Source of the DNA: an uncultured virus (IMG/VR IMGVR_UViG_3300025572_000450)
Lineage: Duplodnaviria > Heunggongvirae > Uroviricota > Caudoviricetes
Strand: one strand, 5' to 3'
IMG/VR virus record: IMGVR_UViG_3300025572_000450
DNA: 64,000 bases
Position numbers and translations under genes: made by a program. Shown in pieces: positions 45,259 to 54,716 of the stretch. The notes beneath the pieces were generated by a model. The model did no database searches and was not told the DNA's origin. It saw only the letters and a program-made list of their open reading frames with translations. Positions within the stretch are counted from its first letter, which is position 1. Each line of letters begins with the position of its first letter.

Positions 45259-46029
45259 TCACCTACAAGGTTTAATCATCGGCATCAGGGCGAACATATA
45301 CCCTTCGTCATCCACAGACCGGAATATCACGACGTCGCGCGGCGAGATACACTCGATCGCCACTGAGCCCTCGATATGATCAAGTGCGTCTCGTAGATAT
45401 TTGCCGTCCAAGACGACGGTAGTTGGTGTTTTACCTTCAACATCGCACGCGATATGACCCACTTCTTGGTCATATCGAACCTTTTCAAAGTTGGACTTTG
45501 TGTATGCTTGGGACGTCAACACTGTCAGTTGTCCAGCTTCCAGCGCCAATTTGATTACAGACAACGAACCCTTGCTAAACGGTCGAATAATCCGTTCCAG
45601 CTCGTGTGCGTTAACGACACAGCGCGAGTTGTAGCAGTTCGGGAGAGCGCTTTCATAGTTGACGTATTCTTTGTCGATCAGCTGTATTGTCTGATCGACG
45701 CTTCCGCTCTGGAACTGCGCTTGATAGTCATCGCTGTAGATTTTCACGGCCTGCCTGCCGCGGCGCAGTGCCAGCCACAGTTGGTCTAGCTCTCGTGCCG
45801 GAACAAGCAGATCTCGAGAGCTAGCGACCGGCTCGGCCAGTGTGACAATCTTTCGAGCCAACCGAATCTTGTCGGTAGCAACGAACGTTGCCTGTTCACC
45901 CTTGAGACTGATGAGCACGCCTCTGAAGACCGGATGACAATCGTCCTGATCTGCTGCAAAGACGACCTGGTCAATCGCCTTCTTCAGACTATCGATGTTT
46001 ACTGACATTAAATATTCCATCATCTGCAC
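45259..46029 (-). CDS. DNA polymerase III beta-clamp-like protein, two domains only
   Basis: QVVFAA..VFRGVL..VATDKIRLA..LIDKEYVNYE..YLRDAL..LMPM. Confidence 0.8.
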   Translation of the reverse strand: MQMMEYLMSVNIDSLKKAIDQVVFAADQDDCHPVFRGVLISLKGEQATFVATDKIRLARKIVTLAEPVASSRDLLVPARELDQLWLALRRGRQAVKIYSDDYQAQFQSGSVDQTIQLIDKEYVNYESALPNCYNSRCVVNAHELERIIRPFSKGSLSVIKLALEAGQLTVLTSQAYTKSNFEKVRYDQEVGHIACDVEGKTPTTVVLDGKYLRDALDHIEGSVAIECISPRDVVIFRSVDDEGYMFALMPMIKPCR

Positions 46030-46031
46030 AC

Positions 46032-46988
46032 CTACAGGCTTGCTTGGCGCAAGGCGCGATAATCACTGATCACCAGTTCGATACAGGTACACGAGCCCTT
46101 GATACGTGAACGAATGCGCGGATCGTTCAGCTGGTCTACAGGGTAGTTACTGGTATAGATGGTCGGGCGCTCGGCATTGTCACGCCCAGTCACCAGTTCG
46201 AATAAGGTCATTTCTGACCATTGGGTTGTGTTTTCGGTGCCAAGATCGTCGATTACCAAGAGTGGGCAATTGATCAGCGCTTCAAGTCGTTGGCTTGCAC
46301 TGCCATCGCTAAACCCGTCTTGCACCAGGCGTAACAGGCTGCTGACTGTGCCATAGCGAGCGGGAACACCAGTAGCACAGGCAGCATTAACGATCGCTGC
46401 GGCTAGGTGGCTTTTGCCCGATCCTGGAGGCCCGTAGAAGAACAGGCCCTCAATCCCTTGCGGATCGAAGTCGCGAGCGATTCCAAGCGCCTTCACAAGC
46501 GCCTTCCGTTGCTCTTGCTCGCTGAAGCTCTTACCATTCCAGCTAATCGGCGCAAGAGGTCGAGCACGATCCAAAGTTTCAAAGGTGCAGTGTCGTAACT
46601 TGCCCAGATCGGCATGGAGCTGCTGCGTGTAGCGGCTTGCGATCGCAGCTGCAGCTGCTGTTCGTTCTGCTTGGAGGGTTGCTTGCATACAACAACACAC
46701 TTGTAATTTTCCCCAATCTTGATGGCCAAAAGGAACGTCCAGCAGGAAGTGGCCAATACCTCGACAGATTTCACATGTGGGATCCGCTTTGGGATTGCCG
46801 TTGCTGGCGCTGCGCGTTCCGAGCGGCGACGGCGGCGGCATAGCGTTGCCGCTCTCGCTGCTCGACCAGGTCGAGCTCGTCGAGCTCTGCTTGGCTAAGC
46901 TCAGATCGTTGTGGTCGATCCGTCGAAAGTTGCTGGGCTTCTGGTGCTCGCCCTCGCCCCGGTCCCATGGTCCGCTGCGGTACTGCAT
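46032..46988 (-). CDS. DnaC/IstB-like helicase loader ATPase
   Basis: CEIC Zn motif, GPPGSGKSHLA, LVIDDLGTE, YTSN. Confidence 0.9.
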   Translation of the reverse strand: MQYRSGPWDRGEGEHQKPSNFRRIDHNDLSLAKQSSTSSTWSSSESGNAMPPPSPLGTRSASNGNPKADPTCEICRGIGHFLLDVPFGHQDWGKLQVCCCMQATLQAERTAAAAAIASRYTQQLHADLGKLRHCTFETLDRARPLAPISWNGKSFSEQEQRKALVKALGIARDFDPQGIEGLFFYGPPGSGKSHLAAAIVNAACATGVPARYGTVSSLLRLVQDGFSDGSASQRLEALINCPLLVIDDLGTENTTQWSEMTLFELVTGRDNAERPTIYTSNYPVDQLNDPRIRSRIKGSCTCIELVISDYRALRQASL

Positions 46989-47736
46989 AGGATTTCTCCT
47001 GGTATTTCAGCTCAGGTGGAAGTGCTAGCTCGTTGAGGGCTGCTCGGATGATTGCGCCTGCTCTTCCGCCTGAGCGGGTTATGCTTTCGATCAAGGCTGC
47101 GATTCGCTCGGGTGGCAAGGCTGCTGCTTGCTGCATGAGGCCAGTGGCTACACAGCCGGCTTGTACAAGGAGCTGGTAGCTTTCCGGGTAGAAGTTCGGC
47201 TTTGCTGGCTGTCTGGCTTGTTCAGAAAGAGACTCTGGAGTTTGATCACCACCACCACCAACCGGTTCTTGCTTGGGGGGTAGGGGGGTGGAAACTTTCT
47301 TTAATATTTCTTTCTCTTTATTTTGTGAGTCAACTGAGTTGACTAGCTCTGGTCTACTGAGTTGACTAGTCTGGTCTACTGAGTTGACTACCCCTTGCTC
47401 TTGCTGGTCTACTGAGTTGACTAGGGGTAGTCCACTCTCTTGACTGGTCTGGTCTACTGAGTTGACTGCCTGAACAGGCTCAATTAGGCCATACTTGCAG
47501 CCCTCGTCGGTTTTGATCTTGCGAACAACACCCAATTTGACCGCTTGCTGAATGCTCGCCACAACGCCTTGGCGGCTCAGACCAGTCCAGGTCTGGAACT
47601 GGCTGATGCTGATCTCGTCGAACTCTCGGTGATAGCCGTAGGTTTGCCGTGCGACGACCAGCACAATCTTGGTCATCGCGTTTGGCCAATTTGGGATTTG
47701 ATCGAATATCCAGTTTGGAACTTGGGTGTAGTTCAT
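46771..47736 (-). CDS. Lambda O-like replication initiator
   Basis: NYTQVPN..RQTYGY..ISISQF..TGLSRQ; contains internal iterons. Confidence 0.85.
   Translation of the reverse strand: MNYTQVPNWIFDQIPNWPNAMTKIVLVVARQTYGYHREFDEISISQFQTWTGLSRQGVVASIQQAVKLGVVRKIKTDEGCKYGLIEPVQAVNSVDQTSQESGLPLVNSVDQQEQGVVNSVDQTSQLSRPELVNSVDSQNKEKEILKKVSTPLPPKQEPVGGGGDQTPESLSEQARQPAKPNFYPESYQLLVQAGCVATGLMQQAAALPPERIAALIESITRSGGRAGAIIRAALNELALPPELKYQEKSYAVPQRTMGPGRGRAPEAQQLSTDRPQRSELSQAELDELDLVEQRERQRYAAAVAARNAQRQQRQSQSGSHM
47333..47467. repeat. Iterons (five ACTGAGTTGACT); origin of phage 2
   Basis: Copies at 47333, 47356, 47378, 47411 and 47456. Confidence 0.85.
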
Positions 47737-47797
47737 AGCTGATCTCTTGAAGGCGAGAGGTGGAACGCGTTCCACCTCTCTCGGATTGTCCAGTGGG

Positions 47798-48109
47798 CTA
47801 GGCGCGCTCTTTACAGTAGCTGCCATCGCCCATTTTGTGACTGCAATACCACGTACCCGGGCGCTTGGTGCTCTCCTTCATAGGCCCGTGATACGGACAT
47901 ATGGGCGCTTCTCGGGCCCTCTCTGTGCGAGCTTGGCGCGCAGCTGCAGGGGCCACCGCACCGATCTCGCGCAGGCTTTTGAGCGCATTCCTCAGGCGCT
48001 TGGCGCTGCCAACAATCTGAACATCAATCGGGAAATCGTCCAGAATGATGTGAATGGTGAATCTCGGCGGCGGTAGATTCTGTTCGTCTTGCGTGTATTC
48101 GTCGCTCAT
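47798..48109 (-). CDS. Small protein with C-terminal Zn ribbon
   Basis: CPYHG..WYC..YC. Confidence 0.65.
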   Translation of the reverse strand: MSDEYTQDEQNLPPPRFTIHIILDDFPIDVQIVGSAKRLRNALKSLREIGAVAPAAARQARTERAREAPICPYHGPMKESTKRPGTWYCSHKMGDGSYCKERA

Positions 48110-48802
48110 CTACTTCACCTCGTCGAGCTCGGCCAGCTGACGCTTGGTCGCCTCCAGCAGCATGTGTTCGTCTGCTTCTACAAACAGCTCCAACTCCTGA
48201 CACAGATCGACCCAGGCCTCCAAACGTTGGCGTAATTGGGCCACTCGTTTGGCTTGTTCAATCACTTCGGTCTGGGCGCGCTGTGCTTCGTCCATCCACA
48301 TCCTGCGCTCTTGCCAGGCGACGTTAAAACTGCACTGGAGCATATCGGCTTGCTGTCTGTGAATCTCGGCGTGCGCCTTTGCCTGCTCGGCTTCGCGGCA
48401 GCGCTCAACGAGATCGTTGATGCCCTGGTTGAGATCGGCAATCTCGCTCCAGGCCGATAGAAGCGCCCCTCCGTCCAGTCTGAGCATAAACTCGGTCTGT
48501 TCACGATCGTAGATTGCGTTGTTGAGCTGGTTCTGGCTCAGCTCGATGCAGTGGTATGCAATCTCAAGCTCGTGCTCCAGCTCGCGAACACGATCTTCGG
48601 CACTGTTCTTGATCTCGCGCAGCGCGTCGAGCCGGCTTTCTAGGTCGTTAGCGCGCTCGGTCTGGATTGCAAGTTGTTGCTCAGCTTCTTCCGCTCGTTT
48701 GCGGAAGAACAACAGCCAGCCACTTTTGTTGCAGATCTGTTCGCCGTCTCTCTGTTCGCCGTCCCGACTCGCCAGAGTGTTGAAATGTGGTATGATTGAC
48801 AT
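48110..48802 (-). CDS. Coiled-coil protein
   Basis: Heptad-rich, 230 aa. Confidence 0.6.
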   Translation of the reverse strand: MSIIPHFNTLASRDGEQRDGEQICNKSGWLLFFRKRAEEAEQQLAIQTERANDLESRLDALREIKNSAEDRVRELEHELEIAYHCIELSQNQLNNAIYDREQTEFMLRLDGGALLSAWSEIADLNQGINDLVERCREAEQAKAHAEIHRQQADMLQCSFNVAWQERRMWMDEAQRAQTEVIEQAKRVAQLRQRLEAWVDLCQELELFVEADEHMLLEATKRQLAELDEVK

Positions 48803-48858
48803 GTTCGAGTTTTTCCTTTGGAGTGCTTATGTGGTGGCACCACATAAGCACTCCGCTT

Positions 48859-49071
48859 TTAATCGTGCTTGTGTTTCACGTGATCAAATGGCGGCTGTGC
48901 TTTGATATAGTGATCAATGGCTTGCAGGGCCGCCAACATCTTGGGCGCTGCTACGATCAGATTGGCGTGCTCTTCGTGATTCACCTCGGCGATACAGACC
49001 CCTTGCCGATCGATGATATAGAAGCTGTTGCCGACTTGTCGCACGCTCCAGTGTTGTGCTTGTTTAGCCAT
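48859..49071 (-). CDS. Small phage protein
   Basis: ANLIVAAPKMLAAL motif common in phage early genes. Confidence 0.65.
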   Translation of the reverse strand: MAKQAQHWSVRQVGNSFYIIDRQGVCIAEVNHEEHANLIVAAPKMLAALQAIDHYIKAQPPFDHVKHKHD

Positions 49072-49405
49072 CCTTCTTTTGTCCTAAATACTCATCGCCC
49101 TTTTGGGTGATCCCGTATGTTTCGTTCTGGTCGATCAGCAGCCTCCAGCGTAAGTCACTGCCGCGTTGCTCTAGCTCGCTATTGGTCTTGCTTGCCTCGT
49201 CTTTTGTCATCACCCGCGATCCTGCGACCGCGTCCGTTGTGATACTCGCCAGTTCATAGAAGCGACGTTCAGGACGTTTGGAGAGAAATGTGCGCCCAGA
49301 CATATCGCGCCGAGTCTCGCCTGAATGCGCGGTGTATAACTTCTCTACCAACTCCTCTGGTGAATGTGCTTCACCGTCGATCATTTCATACTTTGGTAGT
49401 CGCAT
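49064..49405 (-). CDS. Hypothetical protein
   Basis: Coupled early-operon ORF. Confidence 0.5.
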   Translation of the reverse strand: MRLPKYEMIDGEAHSPEELVEKLYTAHSGETRRDMSGRTFLSKRPERRFYELASITTDAVAGSRVMTKDEASKTNSELEQRGSDLRWRLLIDQNETYGITQKGDEYLGQKKDG

Positions 49406-49631
49406 AGACTTGTCCTTGCTGATACTGTTTGCTTGCCTTCTGACGTAAGTCGGCTACACGTTCCCGAATAACCTCTGCTGCTTCAAGAACTTCACGTAGT
49501 TCGTTGTAATCCTCTCGGCTTAGGCTGCTGCGCTGCCTTGCCGCCACAATTGCGATTGCCTCCCGTTGACGATCGAGCGCCGCTGCAATGTCGTCTAGTG
49601 CTGCAATCTCAGCGCTCTCGCGTCGTGCCAA
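49386..49631 (-). CDS. Hypothetical helical protein
   Basis: GGAGG RBS; coupled ORF. Confidence 0.55.
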   Translation of the reverse strand: MARRESAEIAALDDIAAALDRQREAIAIVAARQRSSLSREDYNELREVLEAAEVIRERVADLRQKASKQYQQGQVYATTKV

Positions 49632-49914
49632 TGATTGCCTCCTTGGTGAGTTGCCCGGCCAGGTAGGCCGACTCGATCTCCCCCGGTTGTTCCCCGCGAT
49701 GTGTACGCCACAGATGTAAGCCGCCCACTACCGCGCCGCCAATTCCTACAATCGCCCAAATCCCTATCAACACTTGGATATCCCCAAGTAAAAGGAGCGC
49801 CACACTAATGCCTAGAAATAGGGCAGTTGTGCCAAGGGTGTAGCGCGAGACTCGCGAGAGACGAGCATTCCAGAGAAGCGCGTGCTCTAGAATGAGTAGG
49901 GATGTTGAAACCAT
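49609..49914 (-). CDS. Small membrane protein
   Basis: Three hydrophobic segments. Confidence 0.55.
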   Translation of the reverse strand: MVSTSLLILEHALLWNARLSRVSRYTLGTTALFLGISVALLLLGDIQVLIGIWAIVGIGGAVVGGLHLWRTHRGEQPGEIESAYLAGQLTKEAIIGTTRER

Positions 49915-49979
49915 CGCGCCTATAACAAATTCGTACACAGTTTTTGCTTTCTCTACTACACTAGCTAAAGAAACGGGCA

Positions 49980-50486
49980 CTAGTCGACTTGGCAGCGCAG
50001 CCAAAGGGTGGCAGCGCGCTGGTGTTTGCAGCGAGCGACCCGAGCAGGGCAGCTGCAGCTGCTGGCTGAAACGAGGTAGTACCGGTTGCTCGAATCGCTC
50101 GGCATCAAAATGCCGTTTTTGGCCTTGCGCACTCGGTGAAAGTGGCGGATCAGATACTGCACAACTGCTAGTGATTTCGGATCATCAAGGCTCTGCTCCC
50201 AGGCCCGGGCCAACACAACCGCGCCGCTCCAGTAGATCTGGCGGGTGTTGGCGAAGATCTCGGCCGCCCGAGTGGGGGCGTCGATCTCTTCCTCGAAGCT
50301 TGGGACTTGGTTGAGTACAGCAGGTGCACGAAGTTCGCGGGTAAGGTACTGGATCTCGTCCTGGGCTTCTGCTTGGTGGTGGAACGGCCCAAACGTCGCG
50401 GCGTTGATGTCGGCCCACCACTGGCCGCGCTCTTGGTAGATGCGCGGTTTGGACATTGTGTCCAAAGTTGTGAGAGTGGCTAGCAT
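49980..50486 (-). CDS. SWIM zinc-finger protein
   Basis: CSCPA..CKH. Confidence 0.7.
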   Translation of the reverse strand: MLATLTTLDTMSKPRIYQERGQWWADINAATFGPFHHQAEAQDEIQYLTRELRAPAVLNQVPSFEEEIDAPTRAAEIFANTRQIYWSGAVVLARAWEQSLDDPKSLAVVQYLIRHFHRVRKAKNGILMPSDSSNRYYLVSASSCSCPARVARCKHQRAATLWLRCQVD

Positions 50487-50944
50487 TCGGTTTGCTCCTT
50501 GCTGGTCTTGGCCGGGGCCAATGCACAATCGTCTTCTGGGTAGCTGTCGTCATTCAACTCTTCGCCGCAGTGTCGACAGATCGACATTACGGTTGCTGCG
50601 TTCGCCAGATCGCTAAGGGCTTCTAAATAGAGGCGACCAAGAACGCCGTCTACAGCGTGCTGCATTGCGCGAAACGATCCGGGCTGATCGACTGGAACAA
50701 GCTTGTAGTCTGTTCCATCGACCCGGAACACATACCAGAGACAGTCGTCTATGGTGCGCTTCTCCAACGAGATGGTGCTCGTGGCCTCGACCGGAATAGA
50801 ATGGCGTTGGAGGCCAGGCCCATCGATCTCAATGGTGATCATCGCTATTCCTTGGTTCGCTAATCCAGTGGCGTGCGATGGTGCGGGTGCGGCTGCGACT
50901 AGCGAGGATGGCGCGCAGACTTGCTGCTTGCTCGCGTCGGTCAC
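50480..50944 (-). CDS. Hypothetical protein (start uncertain)
   Basis: First gene of the leftward early operon. Confidence 0.5.
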   Translation of the reverse strand: MTDASKQQVCAPSSLVAAAPAPSHATGLANQGIAMITIEIDGPGLQRHSIPVEATSTISLEKRTIDDCLWYVFRVDGTDYKLVPVDQPGSFRAMQHAVDGVLGRLYLEALSDLANAATVMSICRHCGEELNDDSYPEDDCALAPAKTSKEQTEC

Positions 50945-51002
50945 GCATCGCTTTGAGCCGCACTTTCACGTTTAGCTCCTATTCGGTTGTTAAGGTACAT
51001 AG

Positions 51003-51370
51003 GGAAGAAAACTTCCTGTTCATAATACAGGAAGTTTTCTTCCGTGTCAAGAACTTTTTGAGGACGAGCGATTAGTTGCCGCATTTGCAAGAGCGGCGGC
51101 CAGAGTAGGATGTAAAAGAAATCGGGTTAGAGTCTTGGGGATGGCTTCTAAGCGCCAATTTCTTAGGGTTCTTTCGCTGATACCCAAAGCTTCTGCGCGC
51201 TCGATATCGGTATCGCCTAAAGAAATAATGGCCTGCTCAAGTTCGGGAATGTCAGATAACTTAACTTGAATCATAATATACTCCGGTAGAAAACTTCCTA
51301 TTATGGAAGTATACCGGAGTAATAAAAAGAGTGCAATAGGGAAGTTTTTGGGTGTAGGAAAAAAAGTGCC
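51003..51370. promoter_or_regulatory. Operator repeats GGAAG-N4-CTTCC around the genetic switch
   Basis: 51003-16, 51030-43 and 51285-98, with half-sites near 51305 and 51340. Confidence 0.7.
51047..51274 (-). CDS. Cro-like HTH protein
   Basis: ERAEALGISERTLRNW. Confidence 0.75.
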   Translation of the reverse strand: MIQVKLSDIPELEQAIISLGDTDIERAEALGISERTLRNWRLEAIPKTLTRFLLHPTLAAALANAATNRSSSKSS

Positions 51371-51390
51371 GGACTTTTATACTTTGAGGT

Positions 51391-51750
51391 ATGAGTATGA
51401 CACACGTTGGAATTTATATAGCCACTTTGCGCACTGGCCGTTTTAGCCAAGAGGAAATAGCTAAACGAATAGGGGTTTCCGAGAAGATTGTGCGCGCTTG
51501 GGAAAAAGGGGTTCACGAGCCAAAGGTGAGCTTGATGAACGCCCTTCTCTCCATATTGCAGGGTTCTTGGGATGATGTAAAACGTCTCATGCTCGAAGAC
51601 GCCAATGATACCATGGCGAGAGAGATGGCGAAACAGCGCTTAAAAGGGACTGGCCTAACCGACGAGCAGCGCGCTTTTCTTGAATCTCTCAATCCTGATC
51701 AGCGTGAGGCGCTTCTGGCTTTTGCTCGGCAGATGATACAACGTCGATAA
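51391..51750 (+). CDS. CI-like XRE repressor
   Basis: SQEEIAKRIGVSEKIVRAWEKG; divergent from the cro-like gene. Confidence 0.85.
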   Translation: MSMTHVGIYIATLRTGRFSQEEIAKRIGVSEKIVRAWEKGVHEPKVSLMNALLSILQGSWDDVKRLMLEDANDTMAREMAKQRLKGTGLTDEQRAFLESLNPDQREALLAFARQMIQRR

Positions 51751-51958
51751 TATCAGACCAAATAGCTTCTCGAAGGCTGTTTTGTTCTACTTCGCGTTCG
51801 CGCTCGGCGAGCCGCCAAAGCAGCCACACTGCAGCGCAACCGAGAGGTGCTACTAGCCAGCGAACATCGGGTAGTCCAGCAACTAGAATTAGAGTTAAAC
51901 AGGGCACAAAAAGTAGTAATGGTCGCATAACACCTCCAAGTGCGAAATAGAATAGCAT
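51689..51958 (-). CDS. Small membrane protein
   Basis: Two hydrophobic segments. Confidence 0.4.
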   Translation of the reverse strand: MLFYFALGGVMRPLLLFVPCLTLILVAGLPDVRWLVAPLGCAAVWLLWRLAEREREVEQNSLREAIWSDIIDVVSSAEQKPEAPHADQD

Positions 51959-52147
51959 AAATGTTCTGTTTTTGGTATAGGTTTCGTTACATCTGAATTA
52001 CAGTGCTCCTCGACTCGCTTAAGAGTTACATTTGAAACGGTAATAGTTTAGTACTTCCGTACTGGTAGACTAACCTCACACTGTGCAACCAATACCTGTA
52101 CCGACTCTTTTAGAGTTCTGGAATATTTTATTAGTGTTGAGGTCATT

Positions 52148-52984
52148 ATGCGAGTCAAAGAATTTGGTATCGCCATTGTTGTTATGGTCGGTTTATTAGC
52201 TTTAACCCAAATTCCCATGGGTTTTGCCCAAAATGTGTCTAATCTTCATGGTCAGTACCTTCCAGCAGTGTTTAAGGCATTTCCAACAAGCACCTCTACC
52301 AGAACCTCTACGGCTACTCGGACAAATATCCCTACGAATACTTTGGCCCCAACTATCACTTCGATACCCATTATGGAATTGCGTAATGGTTCTTTTGAAG
52401 AAGGTAGCTCGGGGTGGATTAGTGTTACTGCCGGTTTTCCGGTAATCACTCAGCAATTCCCTAGTACTGTTCGCGCACATAGTGGTACATGGGCTGTTTG
52501 GTTGGGTGGTGTCTATGACGAGACCACTGCTGTTTCGCAGCGCGTCACAATTCCAGCAGACCGGCCCTATCTCACCTATTGGCGTTGGATCGCATCAAGT
52601 GATTACTGCCTTCAAGATGATATTGCTGGTGTTTCACTGGTGAATGATGATGGAAGGGTTACTAGCGATGAAATTGTGGATGCATTTGAATTGTGCGATG
52701 ACACAAGTACCCTAGGTTGGGTAAAGCGATCTATAGATGTAAGACAGTTTGCAGGCCAGACGCGAACCTTATTCATACTCGCTTCTACAGATAGCTTCTT
52801 GAACAGCAATCTGTTTATTGATGATGTATCTTTTCAAGCAAGCCCTGGCACGGGAGAGGCTGAACCCTCGGGTACAGCTTCAGACGAGGCCGCTGCGCCT
52901 TATGAAAATCCGGAGCCTGTAACATCGGCTATCGATCTTCCTGAAGGGCTAGTTGAACAGGTTCGCACTAGACTGGGGCAATAA
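52148..52984 (+). CDS. Secreted protein with Thr/Pro linker and jelly-roll-like domain (moron)
   Basis: Signal peptide, YLPAVFK, LRNGSFE..AHSGTWAVWLGG..FIDDVS. Confidence 0.75.
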   Translation: MRVKEFGIAIVVMVGLLALTQIPMGFAQNVSNLHGQYLPAVFKAFPTSTSTRTSTATRTNIPTNTLAPTITSIPIMELRNGSFEEGSSGWISVTAGFPVITQQFPSTVRAHSGTWAVWLGGVYDETTAVSQRVTIPADRPYLTYWRWIASSDYCLQDDIAGVSLVNDDGRVTSDEIVDAFELCDDTSTLGWVKRSIDVRQFAGQTRTLFILASTDSFLNSNLFIDDVSFQASPGTGEAEPSGTASDEAAAPYENPEPVTSAIDLPEGLVEQVRTRLGQ

Positions 52985-53189
52985 AGCTTTAGGCGGTTAG
53001 GATCGACGATGACCCTAACCGCCTTAACAGCGATGGCGATGGTATTCCCTGCGAGTCGCTGCCAGGCGCGCCGTAGGCAGTGGGTCACAATGGCTTAGTA
53101 GATTGAAGCGTAAAACGTAGGAGAGTATAACAGTAATGTTCTATCATTGTATTTTAGAACGGTTGTGCTAAAATAAGATAGGGAGAAGT

Positions 53190-53462
53190 ATGCCGGAAAT
53201 AGATTCTGCTTCACCATTCTGGCGCTTATTTCAGTTGGCCCGTGAGTATATACAACTTATTAACTATACAATGGAGTATACTTTAAGCACCGAGGAACTT
53301 GAGCAGCTTAATTCAGAGCGTTCAGGTTTACATGACTCGATCTGGAGAGAATGTATACGTATTGGCCTCACTGAAGATCGCGAAACTGCTGCTCAACGTG
53401 CGTTAACACTAGCAAAATGGTTTTCTGATGCCAATGACTGGCCTGACTATGGAGGCCTATGA
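53190..53462 (+). CDS. Hypothetical helical protein
   Basis: GGGAG RBS; first gene of a three-gene cassette. Confidence 0.6.
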   Translation: MPEIDSASPFWRLFQLAREYIQLINYTMEYTLSTEELEQLNSERSGLHDSIWRECIRIGLTEDRETAAQRALTLAKWFSDANDWPDYGGL

Positions 53463-53474
53463 AGACAATGAATA

Positions 53475-53945
53475 ATGGAGGCGATTATGCCTAAATGTCC
53501 ATATACAGAGATTTGCCGAGCAGAAGCGCTCAAAGATTTTGAGCAGTTTCCTGAGCTTATTGCCGTGTTTCAACAACGGACACAATGCTCAGAGCAAAAC
53601 GAACAACGAGCCTTACGATGTGCAACACGTCTGGGATTGACAGAGAAGCCTCTACCAGCCCTAGGAAGCTATATTCAAGAGCAACGTCGCTCTCAAAGAA
53701 TTACACAATCCGCCCTAGCGCAACAGGTAGGCGTTGATATTCAGACGCTTCGTAACCTAGAGAATAATAAGTTACCTTCATCAAGTATCTCGCAATCTCT
53801 TCTTGAAGGCTTAGGTAAAGCGCTATCTACCTCTGTTGAGTATTTGAAAAGTCTGGTTCGAGATGCGACAACGCCTGCTCCTTCTCGAATGGGGGCAGCC
53901 TTCACTCGAATTACCCCTCCATCTGATGAAGCAAAAGAGGAATAA
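53475..53945 (+). CDS. XRE HTH protein
   Basis: TQSALAQQVGVDIQTLRNLENN. Confidence 0.8.
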   Translation: MEAIMPKCPYTEICRAEALKDFEQFPELIAVFQQRTQCSEQNEQRALRCATRLGLTEKPLPALGSYIQEQRRSQRITQSALAQQVGVDIQTLRNLENNKLPSSSISQSLLEGLGKALSTSVEYLKSLVRDATTPAPSRMGAAFTRITPPSDEAKEE

Positions 53946-53948
53946 GCT

Positions 53949-54575
53949 ATGCAACTAACTTGGAAGGGATTTGCAGTTCGTGAAGCGCGTTCCATTATTG
54001 ATGAATGGGAAAGGCAGTTTGGCGCACTCACTCTTCCGGTTCCTGTTGATGATATAGCAGATCTTTTATGTACACTGTCTATTGATATTACTAACTCACT
54101 ACCTACTGAGATGGCTGGACGGCTCCAAGTTGAGGATCGTATTATCGAGGTTCGTGATAGTGATATACCAACTCGTCAGCGATTTACGGTAGCCCATGAA
54201 ATAGGGCACTATCGTTTGCATGTGTTAGCTGAAAAGCTCCACTTACAGGGCTTTATGTGTAACCATGAACAAATTGCGGCCATTGGTGAACAAAGCAGCT
54301 TTGCAAATGATGCTCTTCCCGGTTTCGATGTTCCTATGACGCCTAGACCAAGGGTTTTGTCAGACAAAGACAAACGCCGTCTAGAAATAGAGGCTAACAC
54401 CTTTGGGTCTGAGTTATTGATGCCTGCTCGATTAATCGAAGAGGCGGTCAATCAATATGGTGCAGATGTACGTGAATTAGCTGCACGATTTGATGTATCG
54501 CCAATCGCGATGCGCTATCGATTAGAAAAAATGCTCTATATCCCTTCAAGGGGACAAAAGAGCCTCTTTGATTAA
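53949..54575 (+). CDS. ImmA/IrrE-family Zn metallopeptidase
   Basis: RQRFTVAHEIGH, EIEANTFGSELLMP. Confidence 0.9.
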   Translation: MQLTWKGFAVREARSIIDEWERQFGALTLPVPVDDIADLLCTLSIDITNSLPTEMAGRLQVEDRIIEVRDSDIPTRQRFTVAHEIGHYRLHVLAEKLHLQGFMCNHEQIAAIGEQSSFANDALPGFDVPMTPRPRVLSDKDKRRLEIEANTFGSELLMPARLIEEAVNQYGADVRELAARFDVSPIAMRYRLEKMLYIPSRGQKSLFD

Positions 54576-54632
54576 GTCTTCACCATTGTCAGTATAATTC
54601 CAATAATACGCACAGATATGCTATACTAAAAG

Positions 54633-54694
54633 AAGGGATCGAGGAACGCGGAAAGCGAATTCTCGATCCCTTTATGCGCCGCGTTCCTCGATCC
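54633..54694 (+). promoter_or_regulatory. Mutually exclusive hairpins in the lysis/late leader
   Basis: 54633-43 pairs with 54662-72, or 54636-51 pairs with 54679-94. Confidence 0.6.
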
Positions 54695-54716
54695 AATCAC
54701 AGACGAGGAGCGCGCG

